A DNA stretch of 64,000 bases from Octopus vulgaris (GCA_951406725.2 OX597815.1:81778001-81842000); one strand, 5' to 3'. Shown: positions 27,323-39,159, counted from the first letter of the stretch. Notes: generated by a model not told the origin, from the sequence alone. Numbers and translations: made by a program.

Positions 27323-27508
27323 ATGGACATGTCCAATGGGCTCCCACACACGTTCCGTTTACCAAATTTACTGATGTGACATTGGTCAGCCCGGAGTTAT
27401 AGCAGAGAAGACATTTGCTCAAAAAGCCGGGCAGTGGCACTGAATCCAAAACTACATGGTTGCAAAGCGGACTCCTTAATAAACATAGCTTTGTGTGCAC
27501 CTATAGAG

Positions 27509-27695
27509 CAATGCTCCGCAACCGGTATGCTGCGGCATACTGATGTTCTACGAAGCGATGATAGGTGTGCCACAGTGTAACCTGAATATAATTTTTTTCC
27601 CCGTACTTTTTATTATATTTTTTAGTTCAGGTATACCGCCAAATTTTGAAAAGAATATAAATATACCGCAAGTGTAAAAAGGTTGCGGTGCACCG
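27509..27695. mobile_element. hAT (Charlie-like) MITE
   Basis: TIRs CAATGCTCCGCAACC / GGTTGCGGTGCACCG. Perfect 8-bp TSD CTATAGAG at 27501-27508 and 27696-27703. Confidence 0.9.
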
Positions 27696-28191
27696 CTATA
27701 GAGTGAAGAGAAAAATTCTTTGTAGAAAGAAGTCAGATTTCAAAAATAAGGAAGGAAAAACATTTAAAGGTTAACTTTCGAAAATGGTATTTTACATTAA
27801 AGGTGGAAAAATAGGATTCATGAAAACAAGAAAATACGCCATGCTTAAAAGGATCCTTTCTTAGAGAACTATCTGAAAGAGAATAGATGAAACTTATTTA
27901 TCTCTTGGTTTTGTTATTTGAAAATATCTCATTCTTAAATCTACATAGCATGTATGTATGTATTTTTTATCACAAGCTGTGGCCATGCTGGGGCACCGCC
28001 ATTTATGTATGTATGTATGTATGTATGTATGTATGTATGTATGTATGTATGTATGTATGTATGTATGTGTGTATGTATGCATGCATGTATGTATATATGT
28101 ATGTATGTATGTATATATGTATGTATATATGTATGCATACATGCATGCATGTATGTATGTATCTATGTATATATGTATGTATGTATGTATG

Positions 28192-28225
<34 letters not shown>

Positions 28226-28329
28226 TGTTTATATGCACGCACATATATGCATATATTGATACTTACATAGCTATTCGTATATACTCAGACATATAAATAA
28301 ATAAGCACACACACGCACTTACACACACA

Positions 28330-28408
<79 letters not shown>

Positions 28409-28424
28409 GTATCTTTTGTACGTT

Positions 28425-28660
28425 TTTCTTTTACGTGTTTTAGCCGTTAGACTGCGACCATGTTGGGGCACCGCCTTGAAAAAATTTTAGTCGAATGTAT
28501 CGAGCCGAGCACTTATTTTCTAAAAGTCTTGTAATTATTCTATCAGTCTCATTTGGTGAACCGCTATGTTACAGGGACGTAAACACACAAACACCGGTTG
28601 TCGAGCGGTGGCGGTTGTGGTAGGACAAATAAAGACACAATGACAAACGCACGCACGCAT
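28425..28660 (-). mobile_element. SINE family A, 3' half
   Basis: GACTGCGACCATGTTGGGGCACCGCC...GAACCGCTATGTTACAGGGACGTAAAC. Confidence 0.75.
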
Positions 28661-28830
28661 ATACACACTTGCACACACACGCGCGTATGTGTGTGTGTGT
28701 GTATACATACACACATATACATACACACATATACATACACACACAAATTATATATATATATAAAATATGAATTAGAGATAAAACCACTATTATGAAATTC
28801 CCTATTATTATTATTATTATTATTATTATT

Positions 28831-29381
28831 GAGTGAGAGAGCAGTGCATGCCATCAAAGTGACACTGGGGTAAAATATACGAAGCCCAATATACCCATCA
28901 TGACTACATGTCTGATAAAGGTACACCAGGCACATGCATCACAACCATATGTGCGCGACATGGTGATCTCATATCAGGATAAACAGCACATGACCTTGCA
29001 GGTGGGGCCCAGTTAGAATTTTCTTCAGGTTGAGTAGCCCATCCCGCTCAAAAGGTCCCTGAATAAGGGTTGTTCAAGGATGTTGAAAGAACCACCCATG
29101 TTTCCAGAGGTGAATTATTCAAACCCCAAATAATCCCTCTCAACACATGGCTATGATGCTCCCCCACTACTTCTGCTCGTGATCAGAGATGCACATATCG
29201 TCAGCCACTAAGGGACATGCTCAACTGGTTAAGGTCAAACAACTGACAAGCAAATCTGTGGTATTGAGCAGAATATTTGCTGTAGCCCATCTTTTATACC
29301 AAGACAAAACAATGTACATGATAACACTTCCAATCAGTTAAGATCAGAAGCCATGAGAGCCACTGCCTGGTACTGCATCAG
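28831..29381 (-). mobile_element. About 550-bp non-coding element inserted in (TTA)n
   Basis: Higher-GC block with sharp borders and (TTA)n on both sides. Its minus-strand start CTGATGCAGTACCAGGCAGT recurs at 2302-2321, also inside a (TAA)n tract. Orientation is inferred. Confidence 0.6.
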
Positions 29382-29386
29382 TTATT

Positions 29387-29436
<50 letters not shown>

Positions 29437-29438
<2 letters not shown>

Positions 29439-29483
29439 AGCAGAGATATTCGGCGTTGCTCAGGATTAAAATGGCATAGTTTG

Positions 29484-29525
<42 letters not shown>

Positions 29526-30487
29526 CAGTTATGTTGAAACAGGAGTAAATAATGGGCTAATTCGGCTAAGCGACATGTCATGCATTTGTTTGGAGTATTC
29601 CAGGCCCTAACTTGTCATGGGAAATTGGGGGGGGGGGGCGTATGTACATGTCTTTGCTGATCTTGAGAAAGTCTCATCTCGCTTCTGTCTTCAGACTCCA
29701 TCTGATGTGCTGTAACATTCATTTGCTGATCTTGAGAAAGACTCATCTCGTTTCTGTCTTGAGACTATATTTGATGTGCTTGCAACATGCCTTTGTTGAT
29801 CTTGGGAACGTTCCACCTCCCTTCTCCCTTCTCCCTTACTACTCCATTTGACGTGCTGCAGCATGCGTTTGCTGATCTTAGGAAAGTCTCATCTCCCTTC
29901 TCTATTCAGACTTCTTTAATTTAAGGGTAAATATGTAATTCTAAATACCTTGCAACTTGCAAGTGCTGCGATAATTATGAACTGATAACGGTAAATGTGT
30001 AGTTTTATATAACGGTAAATGTGTAGTTTTATATACATTAGGCCTGCCACCTAATTGTTTTTTGTCAAGAGTTTCTCTTCCAGCCGTTCGTTTGGTCAGT
30101 CAACACACCTACACTGACACACCATTCCGCTGTCATGGCCGTAAAGACGGAAAGTTGCTGATGTGTAATGTTGTTCACATTAGGATATAAATTATTCATT
30201 TATTCATCAAAGTAGGATTAAAAGTGAAAGAATAAAAATGTAACAATAGAATAGGCTGAGAATGAACAGTTGGAGAATAAAAGTGAAATAATATTATATC
30301 ACATTACAATATAGATCTTATTCTTTCACTTTCGACACGAAATACTGAACCAGTGCCAATGTTATATTGTTTTAATCCAAATGTTGACACTCACGGGGTC
30401 TGATACTATTACCTTGTAAAATTTGGTTTGATTTGGTCGAGCCGTTTGAGAATGCATAGGGAACAGACAAAGAATTTTATATATATA

Positions 30488-30529
<42 letters not shown>
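29437..30529 (-). mobile_element. Non-autonomous Helitron with decayed STPR-like repeats
   Basis: Minus-strand 5' TCTATATA...ATAAAATTCTTTGTCTGTTCCCTATGCATTCTCAAACGGCTCGACC. 3' CCTGAGCAACGCCGAATATCTCTGCTTG|T resembles the hairpin-CTAG end at 54450-54477. Internal 69-bp repeats. Confidence 0.7.
29647..29915 (-). repeat. About 69-bp tandem repeat (3.7 copies) encoding decayed 23-aa STPR-like units
   Basis: Units start near 29653, 29722, 29792 and 29868. Minus-strand consensus is ESEERREMRLSQDQQRHAAARQM, with stops and frameshifts. Confidence 0.75.
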
Positions 30530-30531
<2 letters not shown>

Positions 30532-31086
30532 AGGAAGTCAATTTGTAGACAGAACTTACAAACCCTGTTTGAGTGTATAAAGCTCTAGAAGAAAATAGCT
30601 TGAGTGAAAAAACTTGAGCCGATTTTGGATAGCTTTTTGTTATGAATAACCGCTCAGTGGCGTGGTCGAAATCTCATTGCTTATCGGTTGTATGTGGCCC
30701 ATAGCGGTCATACATACGCATGTACGACCACAAGCACAACGCTTTTCGATTGAGGAACAAATGTAAACAGTGTATTTAAATAGACGGAGTGTAAAAAATT
30801 TTTAATAAGTAAAGCTATGTTGTAGGGAGAACGTACTAATACCGTAAAGACAAAGATATTTACGCACGACAAAATTTAAATACATTTAAGTCAGTTTTTA
30901 GGCAGATGTGGCAAAACTGAATTTAAACACACTGGGTGAACAAAAATGAAAAATAACTAAATTATTTTTCAGGGAGAACGTACGAAAACGGTAACAACAG
31001 AGATTTCTACGCACGACTAATTGACATACACGAAAGCTATTTGTAGACAGAAGTTAGTGAGCGTGTGAATTAAAGAGAGAGAGAAG

Positions 31087-31119
<33 letters not shown>

Positions 31120-31239
31120 TGACAAAAACAGACATAGACTAAAAGAGAGGTACTATTACAGAAGGTGAGAGAGAATGTGTGTAAGCAAGAGAAACAGAGA
31201 ATGAGAAAATGGGAGAAGGGAGGGAAATATACAGAGATA

Positions 31240-31458
31240 AAAGGGTGAGAATCGGTTGAAAACTGCTGAAGTTTTCAGAGAAAAACCCATGTAAAACACC
31301 GTTTCTCCTTGCTTCCGACTTCCCGCGGGAGCTCTGGAAAAAATATCATAGTGCATGACCATCTTTGGCACATACGTAATGTGTGTGTAAAGTTTGGTGA
31401 AAATCGGTCGAAAACTGTAGAAATGCATACGTACTACACACAGAATCCTTTGTTTTAC
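31240..31458 (-). mobile_element. Helitron-like 5' terminal segment
   Basis: Minus strand GTATGCATTTCTACAGTTTTCGACCGATTTTCACCAAACTTTACAC, a motif similar to the Helitron heads at 30420-30480 and 54030-54065. Confidence 0.5.
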
Positions 31459-31514
31459 ACACACGCACACACTCACAAACACACACACAAACGCACACAC
31501 ACGTGTGTGTGTAC

Positions 31515-31685
31515 ATAAATACGACGAGCTTCTAGTTTTCTTCTACAAAATCTACTCACAAGGATTTGGTTATCCTTAGGCAATAGAAGAAGATATATGC
31601 CCTGGGTCTCACGCAGTGGAACTGAACCCTGGACCATGTGTTTGGGCAGAAAATTTCTTACCACACAGCAACGCTTGCACCTACA
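31515..31685 (-). mobile_element. SINE family A head
   Basis: CACGCAGTGGAACTGAACCCTGGACCATGTG...CTTACCACACAGC. Confidence 0.75.
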
Positions 31686-31695
31686 TACACATATA

Positions 31696-31739
<44 letters not shown>

Positions 31740-32239
31740 AAAACATGCATACATACATACAGACAAGCACTCATTCATGCTCTCACACACACACACACAC
31801 ATCTAATACGTTTTGATATACAAACGTTAAAAAATTAACTATTCGTCAAATCTATTAGGTGTGTGTGCTTGTGTGTGTGCACGCGTATGTGCGTGTATAT
31901 ATTTGTGTGTATGTGTGTGTGCGTGTGATGCGCCTGGACCTCGATTTCAAGGGTGACTTGAGTTACATAATATTTACTAAAGAACACCATTTTTAAATGT
32001 TACCCACGCTGTAATTACTGAAAACCACTCCCTGGTCTTTACTCACAAGTCCATGTTTACTGGTGCATGCAAACTTCACGATTGCATACTGCTCTGTCAG
32101 TAGGCCACCTGATTTCAATTTGCCTTCTGATTACAGATCGTTTACTGTACAACAAATTTTAGCTTCAATTGCCGAAGAAGGCTCCCTTGAGAAACCTATG
32201 AACGCTAAATGAACTATACACCACAAATAATTCTTCTTT

Positions 32240-32285
<46 letters not shown>

Positions 32286-32292
32286 ACATATA

Positions 32293-32495
32293 GGCACAGG
32301 CGTGGTTGTAGGCTAACGAGCTTTCTTTCCAACCACGTGGTTCCGGGTTCAGTCCCACTGCGTGACATCTTGAGCGAACGTCTGTTACTATAGCTTGGGG
32401 CTGACCAAAGTCGTGTGAGTGGATTTTGTAGATTTAAACTTAAAGGCCATTGTATACATACATACATACATACATACATACATACATAATACATG

Positions 32496-32551
<56 letters not shown>

Positions 32552-32860
32552 CATACATACATGCACACACTTTTATACATATATATATATTTATGTGTGT
32601 GTGTGTGGGGGGGTTGTATGTATGTATCTATGTGTACGTGTGTGTTTTTGTGTCCGTGTTTATACTCCATCGCTCATCGACAACCGGTGTTGGTGTTTTT
32701 ACGTCCCCGTAACTTAGCGGTTCGGCAAAACAGACAACAGAATGAGTACTGGGCTTAAAAAGAATACGTTCTTGGGTCGATTTGTTCGACTTAAACCCTT
32801 GAAGGCGGTTCCACAGCAAGACCGTAGTCAAAATAGCTGAAACAATGAAACAAGTAAAAG
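32293..32860 (+). mobile_element. SINE family A with expanded central microsatellite
   Basis: Head at about 32293-32450, (CATA)/(TA) middle, tail at about 32640-32860. Confidence 0.85.
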
Positions 32861-32884
32861 TTTATATATATATATATTGCATTT

Positions 32885-33090
32885 AAAATGTGACCGTGTG
32901 TGTACCGTTGGCGATCTTTTTTCCTCCGTCTTCCATTCTTTAGATCTTTCCTTTTCCTATGTTTCTGACGAAGTGCTCCGCTCGAAACGTTAAACCCTAC
33001 TTCTTTCCTTCTTTCCTGAGCGTCCAATAATACTATACTTGTTCCACGTCTTCGCGTTGCTGCGTTTTCTCATTTCATGTTGGGATTAAC
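32885..33090 (+). mobile_element. Penelope-type terminal-repeat fragment (family P1)
   Basis: Near-identical to the reverse complement of 56470-56680. Flanked by (TA)n and contains a hammerhead motif. Confidence 0.65.
32961..32995 (+). ncRNA. Minimal type I hammerhead ribozyme motif
   Basis: GTTT-CTGACGA-A-GTGC(TCC)GCTC-GAAACGT-T-AAAC. Canonical CUGANGA/GAAA core, palindromic stem III, one stem II mismatch. Confidence 0.7.
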
Positions 33091-33104
33091 TTTATATATA
33101 TCTA

Positions 33105-33313
33105 TAGAACGCCATGTTGGACCGTTAGCTCCTACACGCATTTTTCTCTCTCCTTGTTTCTCTCCTTGTTTCTTTTCTGTGTATCTTTCTGTCGAAGAGC
33201 GTAGGCTCGAAACGTAAAAGACTTGTTTTACTTCTATTCCTGAGCGGCATACTAATACAATTGTTTTTTTGTACTCCACCTGCCTTCGTCTTTTGTTTAT
33301 TTTCGTAAACCTT

Positions 33314-33318
<5 letters not shown>
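33105..33318 (+). mobile_element. Penelope-type terminal-repeat fragment (family P2)
   Basis: Flanked by (TA)n. Same layout as P1 (hammerhead motif followed by TTCCTGAGCG) but a different sequence. Confidence 0.55.
33184..33221 (+). ncRNA. Minimal type I hammerhead motif (A6U core variant)
   Basis: TCTTT-CTGTCGA-A-GAGC(GTAG)GCTC-GAAACGT-A-AAAGA. Perfect 5-bp stem I, 4-bp stem II and a GUA triplet. Confidence 0.6.
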
Positions 33319-33352
<34 letters not shown>

Positions 33353-33355
<3 letters not shown>

Positions 33356-33872
33356 GAGGGGTTTCTCAAAAGTTCCTGGTTTTGGGTAAAGGAAAATACT
33401 GAAGGATCAGTTTGTTACGATTTTATTCAATATTTTCCTCTCTCAGAGTGGATGGAAGCTCTCCATCGGTTACGACGATGAGGGTTCCGGTTAATCCGAA
33501 TCAACGGAACAGCCTGCTCGTGAAATTAACGTGTAAGTGACTGAGCACTCCACAGGCACGTGCACCCTTAACGTAGTTCTCGGTGATATTCAGCGTGACA
33601 CAGAGAGTGACAAGGCCGGCCCTTTGAAATACAGGTACAACTGAAACAGGAAGTAAGAGTGAGAGAAAGTTGTGGTGAAAGAGTACAGCAGGGATCACCA
33701 CCATCCCCTGCCGGAGCCTCGTGGAGCTTTTTTAGGTGTTTTCGCTCAATAAACACTCACAACGCCCGGTCTGGGAATTCTCTCAGAGTAACACACTTAT
33801 TGCAGCGGTCCTTCAGTTTTTCTAAGCTCTGTGAAAAAAGCTCGGAATGCTGGACCACTAACCGGACCTTTC
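33353..33872 (-). mobile_element. Mariner transposon 3' relic interrupted by a SINE
   Basis: TA|CACGAGGGG...AAAAGTTCC TIR. Minus strand encodes EKLKDRCNKCVTLR, a mariner transposase C-terminus. Confidence 0.75.
33450..33778 (-). mobile_element. SINE family C variant, 5'-truncated, with 11-bp TSD
   Basis: TSD TCTCTCAGAGT at 33439-33449 and 33779-33789. The 3' half is homologous to 23775-23943. Confidence 0.85.
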
Positions 33873-34540
33873 ATCACCACCCTCTCGTGTGTGTTTGTGT
33901 GTATTAAATAAATACCTTTGTAGACCATGTAAGTACGACGTCAAGAGGTACTGGTGTAAAGAGTAAGAGTGATCCTGACACCCACTCATACACTCGTAGA
34001 CACGTATAGTCTCTATGTCTTATTCATGCAAAATCACAACCACACGAATATCTACACGTATACACATTTACGCAATCCTAGATAACTACTAATGCGTCAC
34101 ACGTATAAATTACTCTAGCAATTTAGAACAATACCACAACGATACGAACAAAATAATTACTGTCAAGAACAATACCCATCTACACACACATACACACACA
34201 CACACACACACATGCATAGACACGCACATACGTACACACGCATATACACAAACACATATTTATATTATAATACGAAACTCTCTTTAAAAAGGACGTAAAT
34301 AACAGAAAACAAAACGAATGTAAAATAAAACGGCAGAAAAAAAAAGGAGGCGGGGTGGGGTGGGGGAGAAATTTCTAGGACAGAGAAGAGAATTAATTAA
34401 TTTTAAATTTATCGGATATTGAGTAAATGACAGACAGAGGGTAAAGTACAACAACGGCAGCAGCAGCAGCAGCAGTAGCAACAGCAGCAGCAGCATGAAC
34501 AGCAGCGGCAGTAACATAAAGAATCTATATTAAACTTACC

Positions 34541-34968
34541 TATTTCTTTACTACCCACAAGGGGCTAAACACAGAAGAGACAAACAAGGACAGACAAACG
34601 GATTAAGTCGATTACATCGACCTCAGTGCATAACTGGTACTTAATTTATCGACCCGGAAAAGATGAAAGGCAAAGTCGACCTCGGCGGAATTTGAACTCA
34701 GAACGTAAGGGCAAACGAAATACCTATTTTTTTTACTACCCACAAGGGGCTAAGCACAGAGGGGACAAACAAGGACAGACAAACGGATTAAGTAGATTAC
34801 ATCGACCCCAGTGCATAACTGGTACTTAATTTATCGACCCGGAAAGGATGAAAGGATGAAAGGCAAAGTCGACCTCGGCGGAATTTGAACTCAGAACGTA
34901 ACGGCAGACGAAATAGCGCAAATCATTTCGCCCGGCGTGCTAACGTTTCTGCCAGCTCGCCGCCCTCC
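34541..34968 (-). mobile_element. Dimeric family B SINE within one 16-bp TSD
   Basis: TSD CTATATTAAACTTACC at 34525-34540 and 34969-34984, enclosing a full unit and a headless second unit. Confidence 0.92.
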
Positions 34969-35499
34969 CTATATTAAACTTACCCTCTCTGTGACTCTGT
35001 GGCTTGTTTTCTCTGTCGTCTTGTCTTTCATTGCCTCTCTCTCTTCTGCGCCTCCGTATCTCTCTATCTCTCTCCCACACTCTCTCTCCCTCGCTTGCTC
35101 TCTTTCTAAATCCGCGTCTCTACTTTTCAGTTGACAATGAAAACAAAAAATCTATTACAGGGCATATGCAAATACGCACACGCACACGCACACGCACACA
35201 CACATACACGCACACATAGGCACACGTACACATACAAACATGCACATACACGCATTCTCATACACACGTATACATATACACAAAACTAATACGCACACAC
35301 ATTTTTGACCTTCTTAGTCACTGGACTGTGGCCATACTGGGGTACCACCTTGAAGGGTCTTAGCTGAACAAGACAATTCCAGGAGTTATTTTCTAAAGCC
35401 GGATACGTATTTTAATGTGCTCTTTTACCGAACTACTCGGGTTGTCAAACGGTTTGGGTACAGACACAATCACACACACACACATGTATGTATGTATTT

Positions 35500-35533
<34 letters not shown>

Positions 35534-35544
35534 TGTATGCATTC

Positions 35545-35945
35545 TTTTGTACTTTTACTTGATTCAGTCAGTTGACTGCGGCCATGCTGGAGCACTGCCA
35601 TTGGTGGGATTTTTTAGCCGAACAAATCGATCTCAGGACTTATTAAGCCTGGTACTTATTCTATCGGACTCTTGCTGAACCGTCAGGTTATGGGGACGTA
35701 AACATATCAACAGCGGTTGTCAAACGGTGATGGTGGAGGAACACAGGCACAAAGGTACACACACACATGCACGCGCGCACGCACACACATATTATACGAC
35801 GGGCTTCTTTCAGTTTTCCTCACAAGAAACTACTTATATGGCTTTGGTCACCTCGGGGGCTTATAGTAGAAGATACTACTTGCCCTAGGTGCCACGCAGC
35901 GGGAGTGAACCCGAACCCACAAGGCTGGGAAGCAAACTTCACGCA
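35545..35945 (-). mobile_element. SINE family A (another decayed piece at 35310-35470)
   Basis: Matches the family consensus. Confidence 0.8.
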
Positions 35946-36647
35946 ACAAGAAGAAACAAACAAACAAACAAACAAACAAAAAACCCCAAATAAGTTTCTC
36001 AGATAATTTTGGTTGGAGAAAGAAGAAACAGAAACCATAAAGAAATTAACTTGCATAGATTCTCCAAGACTACCGGAATGGTTGTCGTTAATGGTTCTCT
36101 TCAACTATTGCGTCTAGAGGAACGAATTGAGCCGCAAAGGGGTTCCAGAGAAAGGACAAAATGCGACGGTTAGTGCAAGATCTGGTGGTTGACCTTTGGG
36201 CGCAATATCAACAAGGAGAGGAGGAGAAATTAATTATTAAAGGCCATTTGTGTGGCAGTGGCCATTTGTGTAGAAGTCCAACGGTCTCTAAAGTGGTGGT
36301 GGCCATGGTAGTAGTAACAGTTTGTAGTTGTAATAGCTGTATTTACTACTAGTTGTAGTAATAGTAGTACTAGTTACTAGTTGTAGTTGTAGTAGTAAGT
36401 ATTAACAGTAGTAGTAGTAGTAGTTGTTGTTAGCAATAGTAGTAGTAGTTGTAGTGGTAGTGGTTGTAGTGATAGTGGTGCTGGTAGCAGTTGTAGTAGT
36501 AACAGAAAAGACAGCGAGAGGTTAGAGAGTGTCTTCGATGTATTGAAGGTGAGTGGATTGTATCACAGAGTGATTTCGCGCCAATAAGTCGACTGGTTTC
36601 GCGGGGAATGAGGCCTGGGACGTGAGCGGGCGAGTGAGTGAGTGAGA

Positions 36648-36679
<32 letters not shown>

Positions 36680-36699
36680 GTGTGTGTGTGCGTGTGCGT

Positions 36700-36731
<32 letters not shown>

Positions 36732-37711
36732 CGCAGCAACGCCTCAGATATGTGATCAGTACGCCATTCTAGATCTCACCTGAGATTGCATGTGCGCGTA
36801 TGCATGTTTGTTCAGGCACGCACACACACATACACACACACACACGCAGATACTCACGCACACACACATACACACACACACACACACGCAGATACTCACT
36901 CACACACACATACACACACACATACGCATTCACGCAATTACAAATTCGCACACACACACACACATAAATACACACACTCAAGCACCCACGCACCCACACA
37001 CAGACACAAACACAGACAGACAGACAGATAGACAGACAGACACACCTACTTCAACGAGTGTCAAGCTCTGAGTTCAAGTCCTGTCGAGCAGCTCGGCTTT
37101 GCCTCCCGTCCTCCCGGGTTCGATAAACTAAAGACCCAGTATAGGATTAAGCGCCATTTAGTCTACAAATCCGTCCCCTCAATTTGCTGACCGGATCAAT
37201 ATATATTTAGCGATGGGGACACTTATCTCTCTATTCAAAGTGAATGTTTGTTCGAGCCGTCCAGGTCGAAGTGAGTTCGATGTAATTATGGGATTCTCCG
37301 ACTCTGCTCAGATCACAGATCTAGTCGAATTTTTACTCCTCAAGTTTAGTTTATGACGAGCTTCACGAATCTGGCTGGGAGTAGATGGCACAGGGACAAA
37401 CCTCTCCTTACAGTTTCCTTGTTTTTTCCATCGAATCTGGAAAGACTAAAAAAAACCCCTTCGGTTTTCTTCTGGAATTTTAATCTCTCTGTCTTCATTG
37501 AGATCGGTTAAAAGAGCGGCTAACCTCTTAAACGTCATGTTGGATATGATACTTTATTATTCTTCCACAAGTCCAATGGACTTATTCTTTGTCAGTCTAG
37601 TACTTATTCTATCGTTCTCTTATGCCGAACCACTATATTACGGGGACGTAAACACACCAACATCGGTTGTGAAGCGATGGTGGAGGGGGACAAAACAGAG
37701 ACACAAACACC

Positions 37712-38426
37712 AGATAGGGACCGTTGGACTCTTACGCGAATTGTTAGAAAGGATCACAAAAGTACAGCTCCCAAAATTACTGCAGAGCTTAATGACCACA
37801 TCAAGAAACCAGTTTGCACATAAACCGATCACCGGGAACTGGACAAAGCCGGATTTGACGGGAGAGCTTCAATCAGAAAATCACTACTTTTAAAAACAAA
37901 CGCTGCAAAACGTTTAGAGTGCAGTAAAAACCTACAGAATTGGTTCCTAGAGCAGTACAAGAACGTTATTTTCTCGGATGAGTCATCCTTTACCTTATTT
38001 CCGACCACCAGCCGAATATACGTTTGGAGACAGCCAAAAGAAGCATTTCACCCAGACTGCCCTCTTCCAACTGTTAAACATAGAGGAGTATCTGTGGTCA
38101 TCTGGGGTGGGGTTGGGGCTATATCTTGGAAATCGCCAGCCCAATGCTTTCCCTTCATGGCAAAATTAATAGTCAAGACTATTTAAGCATTTTATCTGAT
38201 AATATTCATCCTATGGTTGCGGAACTGTTTCCGAAAGTAAACGCAGTCTTTCAGGATGATAATGCACCAATTCACACAAAAGTTCCTTTGGAAACAATTC
38301 AAATTTTGTACAAGTCCATACCCCATAGAATTCAAGGTGTAATTACTGCCAAAGGTGGTCCTACCCCATATTAAACTAAATTTGCTTGAAATTTTAAGGT
38401 GTTTCCACTATTTTGTCCAACCCTTG
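37712..38426 (+). mobile_element. Tc1-like transposase relic with right TIR
   Basis: Translates RIVRKDHKSTAPKITAELN...KNVIFSDESSFTLF...PTVKH...FQDDNAPIHT...SIPHRIQGVITAKGGPTPY*. The SPDLNPIE region is deleted and there are stops and frameshifts. TIR GGTGTTTCCACTATTTTGTCCAACCCTTG. Confidence 0.93.
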
Positions 38427-38435
38427 GATGTGTAC

Positions 38436-38522
<87 letters not shown>

Positions 38523-38739
38523 CTTTATATGGCGTATAAGTGAATATGCTTTTGTGTAACTATTATTTATCGGTACATGTGTTTAGTTAGCCTGTCAGTA
38601 AATAGGTTAGTGTCATTTCTATGTCACCTGATAGCCCTATAGTGTGTGTGTGTGTGTGTGTTTGTGTGTGTGTGTTTGTGTGCCTGTTTACACATGTATG
38701 CATATGGGTATCTGCGTGAAAGTGTATGATCGTATGCCA

Positions 38740-38791
<52 letters not shown>

Positions 38792-39093
38792 GTATGTACA
38801 TAAATATGTACGTTCATACATTCGTATGTACAAATGTTTTGAATGTACATATATAAATCAAACACCCTCACATATACCTACACCTACATACACACATACA
38901 CACATATATATATATCTAGAGAAAGAGAGATGGAGGGGAGAGAGTGGGATAAGAAGAGGGGAGAGAAAGGGAAAGAGAAAGAGCTATGCAGTTATTGACT
39001 ACAGACATACGCACACACATGCACACACTCGCATACGAACATATGCGTATATGTGTGTACAGATGTAGGTATGCATGCATATATGTATGCATG

Positions 39094-39159
<66 letters not shown>

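Larger units (their letters stand above)
25900..27500 (-). mobile_element. SINE family A split by nested insertions (tail half about 25900-26105, head about 27335-27500)
   Basis: Both halves are recognisable and in the same orientation, on either side of the central microsatellite. Confidence 0.7.

Noticed and set aside
37240-37560. Coding-like unique segments (also 640-1350, 40620-40800, 62830-63130)
   Set aside because: They have stops or short frames and no motif I can recognise. BLASTX would be needed.
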